A stretch of DNA of 60,403 bases, the filler included, from Sluysia triapertura (lineage: Eukaryota): the NCBI GenBank assembly GCA_046118255.1. It is 4 parts of 4 records of this genome, joined end to end, with 100 filler letters (N's around TTAATTAATTAA, not from the genome) between each part and the next. Parts side by side here need not be neighbours in the genome. Positions count along the whole stretch, not along the records: positions 31,375 to 44,272 come from JBJNIA010073721.1; positions 44,373 to 60,403 come from JBJNIA010212698.1; 2 more parts are not named here. One strand, given 5' to 3'. Shown one piece after another: positions 43,171 to 52,690 of this stretch. The position numbers were made by a program, and so were the translations under genes. Within the stretch, counting starts at the first letter, position 1, and every line of letters begins with the position of its first letter. Below the pieces are notes generated by a model. That model worked only from the letters and a program-made list of their open reading frames with translations, had not been told where the DNA came from and searched no databases.

Positions 43171-43231
<61 letters not shown>
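42706..43231 (+). mobile_element. 5'-truncated, 5'-inverted L2-type LINE with (TTA)n tail
   Basis: 42781 onward matches 30968 onward. The 3' end is aagcgtttttgagtactt...ctcaatataaat(tat)n. 42706-42778 is an inverted upstream piece. Confidence 0.85.
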
Positions 43232-43233
<2 letters not shown>

Positions 43234-43854
43234 TATTAACTTAAATTCAGCTTTTGATTTCAAAAAAGTTTTTTTCATTCCATTAAGCCTTAGATAAGAA
43301 AGTTTAACCTTGTTAATATTTTAAAATGCACGTGAAATATTAATTAATAAATAAATTAAATTAATATATAATGTGATTTAAAATATTAAATGAAAAATTA
43401 AATATTTGTGACAAAAACTGAATTATTAATTTTTTGCATAAATGTCCAAAATTACTCGCTTTTCAGCTATCATTGGGATAAAATAGCTCGCATAGAATGT
43501 GTTAATATAAATAATATGAATTAATTTTTGTTTTTCTTTTAAAACATTATTAATGTATTTAAATACATAATTTAGACCTTAATGATTTATTAAAAATTTT
43601 ACAAAAATGAAAAATGAATTTTTTAGAATTAAATACACTTAAAAAAGTTTCCGAAATTAATTTACTCTAAAAGCAACATTCTTAAACTGATGAAGCTAAT
43701 TTAAAGTTAACTAGAAGAAAAATAACGCAGTTACATTTCTAGATTCCATTAAGGAATATATTGAATGACTTCATGGAACGTTTTCCTATTTAGCTGTTTT
43801 TCTGAAATCTACAATAACTTAATAATGTAATCTACAATAATCGATACAGGATCC

Positions 43855-44034
43855 TCAGTGATAATAAACTAGGGGATATACAACAAGCTACCAGAATATG
43901 TTAAATTTTACTGGAAGATTATGAAATATTTAAGGAAAAGGCAAAATTATTTCTATTTCAGAAATATTATTATGAATAATTTATTTTAAGCGTTTTTGAG
44001 TACTTATTATGCAGTAGATATAAGCTCAATATAA

Positions 44035-44078
<44 letters not shown>
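43855..44078 (+). mobile_element. 3' end of the same L2-type LINE with (TTA)n tail
   Basis: Highly similar to 42985-43231. Confidence 0.85.
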
Positions 44079-44272
44079 CTGTCATAGATGTAATTTGTTG
44101 ATCACTCTTTTTATTTTTTTAAATTTTTGAAGAATTAAGTCAAAAAAATCGTTCATAGAAAGAAGTTAACCATATAATTAAAATTAATTATAGAGAAGTC
44201 TTAACCTTAGAAAAGTTATTATAGAATGAAATTCAAGAAATATTGGCCATAATATAACAACAGTGAAAATTA

Positions 44273-44372
44273 NNNNNNNNNNNNNNNNNNNNNNNNNNNN
44301 NNNNNNNNNNNNNNNNTTAATTAATTAANNNNNNNNNNNNNNNNNNNNNNNNNNNNNNNNNNNNNNNNNNNN
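44273..44372. other. Assembly gap with TTAATTAATTAA linker
   Basis: Same 100-nt construct. Confidence 0.97.
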
Positions 44373-46299
44373 ACTTTAAATTTTAAATATTTATTTATCA
44401 TTTTAATATTATTAGAATTAAATATTTATATTTGGAAAATAAACAATGGAGTTTAAAATATTTATGAACGGATACAAATAGCATATCAAATAAGGTATAA
44501 AATAAGCGTTACTACAAGTTACTACAAGTTACTATAATCGAGAAATAAAAGTAGCATGAAACAAAACTTATCGCGAGTATTCTATACAAGAGGAGAAATG
44601 TATTTACGGTGATTATACTTTACAAAAGGCTTCATTCAAAGAAGAATTTAATTACGGGAATATCAGTATCTGTATCGTCAAGATATATTTATATTTACAA
44701 TCTTAAGGTTCTAAACGTCGTTTGAACACTCTTCGGTGATTTATTATGTCCTATAATAAGTATGCTATTTGTTTTTATGTTTATTGCAATATTGTTTGCA
44801 TCAAAATAGACGTAAATTCTTTTAATTCGTTAACAAACTCAAGTATCAAACCTGAGTTAAATTCCATTTAAAATCTTATCATTGTGCGTCTTTCGCGTAA
44901 TATAAACCGTACATCACAGACGGACCCGTAATCTAATTTTATAATTGTTCTTAACTTAGAAAAAATTAGAACATATGGCATTCAGGACGCCCTAGATGTT
45001 TTCACCTTCACATCTCTGATTCCTTTTCTACTTCTTCATATTAATTATTACTATACTAAACTTATTCTTAACACCAATAATAACAATTTTATTTATCAAC
45101 TATTTTAAAGATTTTAAATACTCTCTAAGGTTACTCGAAGAACCCAGATACTTATCAAGAATAAGGTCACACATAATCACAAGAATACCTTCAAAGGTTT
45201 TTCACGTCCATTTCAAGCTTCCACAATATCTCAACACCTTATATATCGGTCTTTGGAAGTCAGGTATTCTTCAGCTCGCAACACAACTGTAATTATTTCC
45301 GTTTTCGTCATTCATACTCCAACAATACTTTCTTGTTTCTATTCATCGTTTGAATTAATTTTTTGTAGTGTTGTAATTTCTTGCGTTTTCATCCATCTTC
45401 TATTCCACTGTTAGGCGATTCCAACTTATCTCATTCAGACGGAAATGTCTGTCCTCAGACATCATAATAATTTCGAATAACAGACCATAATGGCCTGAAA
45501 ATGCAGAGGAAATCAAACCACCAACATCATATTCTATATTTCATCTTTAGAAAATCCGTAACAACGAAAATCGCGCATTTTAAACACTAGTAATATTTTG
45601 TCCAGTAATGATTTAAATAAATTCAAATCAAATTGTAAAAGTCAAAACACGTTTTGGAACTATTTCTTAGACAAAATTAATTCATTCATAGATTAGCCTC
45701 AACAAAATTGATCTGACACAGTTACTAAAATAATATTAAAAAGTTTTACCACCACCAATTTAAATGGAATACTGTTCGAATTGAAGTTTCAAGAACACTC
45801 ATTCAAAAAATAATTCATCAAAAAGCATTAAATTAACTCAAAATAATACTTTAATACCATGATTTCGTGTACATCTACAGAGACCAAAAATGTGTACTTC
45901 GATCCGAAGGAAAATCACACCCACAAATACAACAATTATTACACGAAAGCCACTCAACTTTAGAAAATAATTTCAAATTAAAACATTAAAATGTGCCTTT
46001 TGACACAATTTTAAATTAAATTAATTAATTAATAATATAAATAAATGTAATTTAATAAATTTAATTTAATGAATTTTGTTTAAAATTACTAATTTTATTT
46101 AAACAGGCTATTTGAAATTTTTAAATTTAGTGAGTGAAAAATAACTGTAGCACAAATCAATATTGTGCAGAAAATTTTCTGCACATCGTTGACATTTGTG
46201 CAAAATCAATACGCACATTTATATATACCTATATAGGAACACATGTGGTATATTTATCAAGTAATATTAAAATGACAAATAATCAACCTTACAAATGTA

Positions 46300-46652
46300 A
46301 ATTGATTATTCTGGATTAAATGATCCAATATCTTGTGATAAGCAAATTCGAAGAAATTTAAAAAAATTATTGAATATTCAAGCATTCGAGAGAATTGTTG
46401 ATAGGTTATATTTATTAACAATATTATATTTTTTGTATTTAGGAAGGACAGTGTATTAAAAAGTCTAGTTAAAGATTTAGCAGAAGCTGATGAACAATAT
46501 ATGGTTGTTTTGAGAAGTTATGTTATCATAATAATTATATTATCTTCAGTTTAAAATTCAAAGCTAAATCTAATCATGAAGGAATTGTACGAAAAATGAA
46601 AAACGATTTATGACCAAGGAATGAGCATCATTTCTTCCCAAATGAATATTGA
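46300..46652 (+). pseudogene. CCDC65: Dynein regulatory complex subunit 2 (CCDC65/DRC2) pseudogene fragment retaining a 38-nt intron
   Basis: QAFERIVDR|KDSVLKSLVKDLAEADEQYMVVLRS across intron 46405-46442 matches recalled CCDC65 [34 protein letters not shown]. Stops and frameshifts occur on both sides. Confidence 0.8.
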
Positions 46653-46815
46653 AGTAGCTGCTGTTGCAGTAACATGGGAACCCCCCGAATTAAGCCTAAT
46701 GGAATTATACGTAAATATCATATACATTACACACTATATTCCGACAAACCATTATCATTGTGGCAACAATACACGATACGATCAAAAGATAATGTTGATC
46801 CATCTGCAAGTATTT
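46653..46815 (+). pseudogene. FN3 domain remnant (LAR/DCC-like)
   Basis: AAVAVTWEPP, then after a frameshift KPNGIIRKYHIHYTLYSDKPLSLWQQYTI. Confidence 0.7.
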
Positions 46816-47013
46816 TATTATAAAAACTTAAACTTATACTTACAAAATAATCTGGGCGAAGAAGTTCTAATTAGATTTCCATAACCTTAACAACAAATAA
46901 TGATTTTAATAGAGTAGTTTGTCTAAAAGAAGTAAAACAATAACAACTGTTCAAATCAATGCGTAACTGGTAGCTTGTATATTAAACTCAACAATAAAAT
47001 TAAAGGATGTTAA

Positions 47014-47135
47014 GACAGCCTTATTACGGTCTGTCAATATATTGCAAAATAAATTTGTATATTGAGTCAGCCTTCTTACGGTCCGACCAATTTAATTACA
47101 GTTTTAATGTTAAATCAACCTTTTTACGGTCTGAT
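47014..47135 (-). ncRNA. Array of three conserved 22-nt bulged-A stem-loops (cis-acting RNA element)
   Basis: AUCAG-A-CC-GUAAAAA-GG-UUGAU (47135-47114), GUCGG-A-CC-GUAAGAA-GG-CUGAC (47087-47066) and GACAG-A-CC-GUAAUAA-GG-CUGUC (47035-47014). Confidence 0.75.
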
Positions 47136-47150
47136 TATGTATTCAATATT

Positions 47151-47456
47151 TTAATTACTTAATACTTTTCTTAAATCGCTTAAAGATGAAAGGAAAGGTG
47201 GTGAGATAATAGCACAAAGGAGCGCCTCAGACGTTGGAAATTCGATGGCCTCTACAAACATTCCGTAGGAACGGGTTAAGGCCGAGAAATTAAGAGTTGA
47301 AGGGTCTTCAACTCGCAGAAAAGAGGGGCATTGCCAACCGTTAAGGTTACCACTCCTCGCGCCACAGCGATATAGAGTGTCTAAATCAATAGGGCCATTC
47401 GCCAAATCTCGCAAAGAAATAAGCGGGCAGTTGGGATTTAGTGAGTAAAGATATGA
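47151..47456 (-). CDS. Orphan, relatively GC-rich ORF remnant
   Basis: About 101 open codons (SYLYSLNPNCPLISLRDLANGP...LRKVLSN*) with no upstream ATG. The frame extends to about 47700 through two stops. Confidence 0.4.
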   Translation of the reverse strand, partial: SYLYSLNPNCPLISLRDLANGPIDLDTLYRCGARSGNLNGWQCPSFLRVEDPSTLNFSALTRSYGMFVEAIEFPTSEALLCAIISPPFLSSLSDLRKVLSN

Positions 47457-48174
47457 CTAAATTTTGTGTAAGCTCACTTCTCAGCTGAGTAGTCGGGAAA
47501 GAAAACAGGTGAAGACAAAAGTAGAGCAGAATTTATTTCTGGAAATATAGAAAGACTTAAGTTGTGAAATAAGTTTGGCTCTGGGATGGGGTTTGTTTGA
47601 CGGATTTCGATTGTTGGAAATCGTTAATTGATATTCTGTCAATACATTGAATAAAATTATAAAAATGAGGAGTACATAGAAATAAATTAAAAGTAATTTT
47701 TATATCTGTGACCTGGCACTACTTTTTCTTGAGAAAAGGGTTATTAACTAAGTGTCTATTTAATTTATAAAATTTTCTTAATTGCTGTTACCGATAATTT
47801 CTTTTCTGGGACTTAGTCAGTCCCGGTGGATAATCAGGTTCATGCACCCAAATCCATTATACAAACATGAACATTTGTTGCATGTATAGGCTGAAAAATG
47901 TCTACAATAGATGATCCGGATGTAATATACTTAATAGTGAATTCGTACGAGCAGCGAAGCGAAGAGAAGTTGGAGATGTGTAACTGAAAAGAAAAATATA
48001 ATAAGTTAATAATTCATACACAATATGAATACAAGGAAATTAGCTACAGAGAAAGTTTAGTGTAATGAGAATTACAGTAAAACGAATATAAGTTTATTAT
48101 ATTAAAATGAATTAAACATAATACTTATATAATAAATTTATCCTACTTATACTAATAAAATATGAGTTTTAACA

Positions 48175-48186
48175 TCACCCTCTCAC
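48175..48186 (-). promoter_or_regulatory. Polypurine tract of the Gypsy element (imperfect)
   Basis: GTGAGAGGGTGA immediately 5' of TGTT on the minus strand, downstream of the integrase. Confidence 0.65.
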
Positions 48187-48779
48187 GACCGAAAATGGAC
48201 AGTTGACACCCGTCACATATGGTCATCAAATAAAGGATATCATCACTCATATTTTATATTCGAATTGTAAATTAAGTTTTAATAAACAAGTGGATGATAA
48301 TATTGAATGAGAAAAATAACAAATAGTCTATAATTTAAGATGAAAATATTGGACTGCTTATTGTTAGAAGGAACATTAACTTTAAGAGTGCAATTTGAAT
48401 AATTTTCTATTTATTTAGTCGCTACAATATTTTGCACTTTATAAGTTTTTCTTTTAGTTTCCAATGCAAATACTATTATCATTGGTCTATAAGCATGTTG
48501 TAAACGTGGAATCTTATCCACATGATGGGGTTTACCAATTATCAGTGATTCTAAGTAAATGCAGTAAATATCAAATTCATGACGTTAAAACATTTTCTTT
48601 CAGCTAAATTTTATTTCCCAATACTCGTTATAAATATTTGTAATCGATATTTTTTGTTCTTTCACATTATTAATTGCGGCGTATAAATTCATATATTCCT
48701 TATCTTCTTCAATATCCGTAGACTTAACGAAATTAATTAAAGATAGGAGAAAAACTATTACTATTAGTAATAGTGTCCA

Positions 48780-49205
48780 CCATGATTTATTAATACTATA
48801 AATGTTTGCATTAGTGAAAGTGAGCATTACCGTATCAATAGAGCCAATTCCTAATGATTTCGAAAATTCTCTCGTTACAGATGATAGCGATGAGTCAGTA
48901 GATGACTCTTTCCATAACATATCAGATAATCGAACAGACAGGATCAGTAGATTCAAAATTAGGTGTTGGAACACGAATTGGAGTTTCATATGGAGTGCAG
49001 AACAACTTGAGGTATTATCATTTGCGACCCTTCCTGGAATTTTATAAAACCGAGTTTGCTATGTATTACTATATCATCTAATTTGTCAATTATATCTAGA
49101 CCGATTATTAAATCAAAAGGGGAATCTTCCCAAACGTATATATGCATTTACGCGTTGATCCAATATAGTTAAATGGACGTGCATTATTCGTAGCTGGATG
49201 TAACG
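48780..49205 (-). mobile_element. Foreign retropepsin-region fragment interrupting the integrase
   Basis: Integrase similarity stops at CLFAYRV. It is followed by VHLTILDQRVNAYIRLGRFPF/DLIIGLDIIDKLDDIVIH, an aspartic protease C-terminal D.I.G.D motif. Confidence 0.55.
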
Positions 49206-49613
49206 AACTCTGTAAGCGAAGAGACATGGTGCGATAGATAAGTCCCAGTCTGATTGTCTATCATTAACATATGATTGTAGCATGTTTATTAGAGTTCGAT
49301 TAAATCGCTCAACTAGTCCATCATTTTGCGGATGATATGATGTGTATATTCTAAGTATGTCGAATATTTTTGCCACTGCTTTAATTGCATAACTGGTAAA
49401 GTTCGTACCTTGGTCTGTAAGTAATTTTTGGGGTGTGCCATATCTATAAATTATTTTCTCTACGAGTATTTGTGCAACTGCCTCAGTTTTTTGATTTGGC
49501 ATTGGATAAGCTTCGGGCCATTTAGTTTGAGAGTCTGCACATACAATAATATACTTATTTCCACTAATAGTTTCTGGTAACGGTCCCATTATATCTATTG
49601 CTGTAAACTCCAT
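49206..49613 (-). pseudogene. Gypsy integrase catalytic core (rve)
   Basis: D-D-E motifs as listed for the element. Confidence 0.92.
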
Positions 49614-51856
49614 AGGTTATAATTGCACTCTTGTCTTAATTCCTGAATTTTTTCTTCTACAGCAGATTGAACAATACTTACACCATTTTAAATATCTTCT
49701 TCCACATCTTCCCAGTAATATTTGTCTTTTATACGCGTTAGTGTTTTTCTCATGGACAAGTATCCACCTAACTGTCCATCATGAAATTGTATTAAGATTG
49801 GTGTTATTAATGATTTTGGGATTATTGTTTTCCAATCTTCTTTTGAATTCTAAATCGAAGAATTACATCTTTAATAGCTAATCTTTTTGCCTGATTTTCG
49901 ATTAATGTCCCTTTCACCAATGAATCAACAATGGATGAAATTTCCTTATCTTCCCTTTGGTGTTTGACAACTTAATATTTAAAGTTAATATTTCCTTTGA
50001 TAATCGTGACATACAATCAGCACCATTATTCTATGACCTGGCTTATAAATAACTTCCAAATCGAACTCTGATAATTTATTAAACTATCTTTTTAGTCTAC
50101 TAACTTCGTAAAGGTAAACTTTTTGTCCTAAAAGGTAATGCCTGAATAATTTACTATAGCTAAACATTTCCTTTCTATTGTAGAGAAGTTCATTTCGGCT
50201 TTATTTAAACGTCGATTAGCTTCTAGGTTATTCTTATGTTTTTGCTCTAAAATTGCTCCAATAGCATAATTACTAGCATCGGTAGTTAATAAATTAATAA
50301 CCGGAAAAATTAATATTGGTGCCATAGTTAACCTCTTTTAATTCTTTGAATGATTTTGTTTGTTCCCTTCTCCACCGAAATTCAACATCTTTCTTTGTCA
50401 TTTTTCTAAGTGGTTGTGCTATTTTAGTGAAATTCTTAACAAATCTTCTATAATAATTAGCTAAACCCAAAAAACTTTGTATCTTTTTTAAGTTGTCTGG
50501 TTGTGGGAATTTAACTAATTTTTCAATATTTATCGGATTGGGTTATATTTCGTCTTTCGACACTATATAACCTAAAAATTCAACCTTCTCCTTAGCCCAG
50601 ACACTTGGTAGGTTTGATTTTTAATTTAGCTATTTCTGGTCCACTTAAAATATTGTCAATATCCTTTACATGTGTGTCAAAATCTTAGAGAATATTATTA
50701 TATCGTCAATATACACCATAACATTTTTACATCCTGATAGTACGAAATTCATGCACCGCTCGAAAGTCGCGGATGCACCCATCAATCCAAATGGCATTCA
50801 TCATATAATTCATCATCGCAAGTGAATGCAGTTTTGTGTTTGTCTTTTTCGGTGATAACCAATTGTAAATGAAGAGTTGTGAAATATGTAGCATTCTCTA
50901 ACTTATCAAACATTTCATTTATTTGTGGCAATGGGAATACGTCTTTTCTTGTTATTTTATTTAATTCTCTAAAGTCTATATAGAATCTCATTGTACCATC
51001 TTTTGTGACTAATAGAACTGGAGATGAGATGGTGAAAAACTTGGCCTTTCACATAATATCTAATTGATACTGCGCGTCTCTTTTTGATTACGTATCGGTA
51101 TTCTGTATGGTTTCTTACGAATTACTTTGCCTATTATTAGTGGTGTTTCGTGTTTTGATATTACTGAATCTCCAACATATTTATTTTTTGCTATTGCCAT
51201 CGGATATCGATAAATAACGTCATATAATTGATCTAATTGTTTCGTGGTTAAATTTTTATTAGTGATTTCAGTTTCACCATAATCCTCGTCTTGGATTTCT
51301 CGTAACTTTATATTATTTTTGATCTTATTTTCCAACTTATTTTTATCTTCCATTATCGTATTAATATGTGCAGGTATTTTGTACTTAACAATTTTTCCTA
51401 ACTTTGTTCCAGTGTAAAGCTATTTGTTGTCATTCGTATAATTTATAATAATTTATTTTCCTTCACAATTATTACTTACTATTATTACTTGCTATTCCTA
51501 TATCTAGCTTTTCTTGATTAGATTCTGATGCAAAAAACATAATAGTCCCAGTTAATAGGCTGTTTGTTTAGCTGACATTATATATTCACTTCTTTTTAAT
51601 AACCAAAGTGGTTCGTCTATGTACACATCATCATCGCCGATAACTCTTTTTGATCGACTATCCATCAATCTTACTTAATCAAAATCTAATGTAATTCCTT
51701 TTAATTTTGAGAATATATTCATCCCCATTATCATTTTTTATGACTCGTAACTTAATTTCTAATTTATTTTGTCCCAATTCTATCTCACCCAATTCAATTG
51801 TGTGTCCTCAAACATCATAAATCATTAATTTCAATATCGGAAAGCTGCGCATTCGG

Positions 51857-51874
51857 ATCACGGCGGGTTCACCA
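51857..51874 (-). promoter_or_regulatory. Primer-binding site complementary to tRNA-Trp
   Basis: TGGTGAACCCGCCGTGAT matches the canonical Trp PBS TGGTGACCCCGACGTGAT at 16/18. Complementarity continues into the T-loop (CCGAA). Confidence 0.8.
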
Positions 51875-51893
51875 AATATCAGATTTCATAAAA

Positions 51894-51966
51894 TGGACTG
51901 ACCGGGGATCGAACCTGATACCTCTCGCTGCGTAGTTCGATGCTCTACCCAATAGCTATCAGTGCC
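51894..51966 (-). mobile_element. tRNA-like Pol III head (pseudo-tRNA or SINE head)
   Basis: GCACTGA-TAGCTATTGGGTAGAGC...GGTTCGATCCCCGG-TCAGTCCA has A and B boxes and a 6/7 acceptor stem, but poor anticodon and T stems. Confidence 0.75.
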
Positions 51967-51989
51967 GTCTAACAATTTTATTTTATTAT

Positions 51990-52690
51990 AGTCAATATTA
52001 CCATCATGGCACCTTAGGCCTATATCCCAACACATCTAACGGAAATTTTAAGTTAATTAATTTTTAATAAAACTTATTCGATTAAATTTTCATCAGAAAA
52101 CAGTGGTGGTCAAGGCGCTGTCAGTAATCCTATTGAAATACAAGTCAGAGCTGGAGTTGTACAAGCACCACAAAATTTTACAGTAACCGCCATATCATCT
52201 GAAATATTATTACAATGGGAACCATTTACATCAACATCATTATTAAAATTTGATTAATACAGATTATTATTCTATCCTGAAAATCAGCCTTATTAACGAT
52301 CAACAAAACAATGGAAATGAACTTATAATTCTAGAAATATGACAATTTTTCAATTACAACCGAACACTACAAACGGAAAATGGACTTTATGATAAAGTTA
52401 TTGTACTAATTTGTTACGAGAATCAAAACGTCAGTTAATATATCAGCTGTTCCAATACATTCGACAGCAATTCAAGCAACTTGGCAAGTAATGGATCTAG
52501 TATTACTAAAAGATGTTCTAGCATTTCAATTAATTTGCAGTGAGCACACTGAAAACAAAACCCAAATTGAATCGGTACAGTCGTTTCTTTCACGTGAAGG
52601 TTAATATGATCCTTATCGATTCATATTCGATTAAACAATACGAAATGTCCGGTTGTGGAAATGGTATTCCTTTAGGAATTGTGTGACTTG
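51990..52690 (+). pseudogene. Tandem FN3 repeats of a LAR-type receptor-like protein, pseudogenised
   Basis: NKTYSIKFSSENSGGQGAVSNPIEIQVRAGVVQAPQNFTVTAISSEILLQWEP...*YRLLFYP...IFQLQPNT, then VNISAVPIHSTAIQATWQ. Contains in-frame stops. Confidence 0.8.

Larger units (their letters stand above)
47008..48174 (-). repeat. Putative 3' LTR of the Gypsy element (distal end uncertain)
   Basis: Starts TGTTAAAAC directly after the PPT. An 8/9 inverted match TGTTAAGAC lies at 47008. Alternative ends are 47108 and about 47921. Confidence 0.5.
48175..51874 (-). mobile_element. Degenerate Ty3/Gypsy LTR retrotransposon internal region (PR remnant-RT-RH-IN, gag deleted)
   Basis: RT: KPYRIP, RFYIDFRELNKITRKDVFPLP, VYIDDII (about 50700). 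RNase H: TTDASNYAIGAILEQ...STIERKCLAIV. Zinc finger: H...YYW...CSIC. Integrase core: IDIMGPLP...TDQGTNF...YHPQNDGLVERFNRTL. Domain order is RT-RH-IN, with many stops and frameshifts. Confidence 0.95.

Noticed and set aside
47014-47135. Mini CRISPR array interpretation of the three repeats
   Set aside because: Eukaryotic context with no cas genes. The repeats diverge in sequence while conserving structure, and the spacers are low-complexity AT.
48872-49206. TCGTTACA...TGTAACGA inverted repeat as element termini
   Set aside because: Only 8 bp, wrong polarity for TG...CA LTR ends, and no TSD.
51894-51966. Functional tRNA gene
   Set aside because: Anticodon and T stems are mispaired and no anticodon can be assigned. 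Treated as a pseudo-tRNA or SINE head.
52066-52370. Stop-codon reassignment to explain in-frame stops in the FN3 region
   Set aside because: Both TAA and TGA stops plus frameshifts and deletions occur, while intact exons elsewhere read with the standard code. Ordinary decay explains it.
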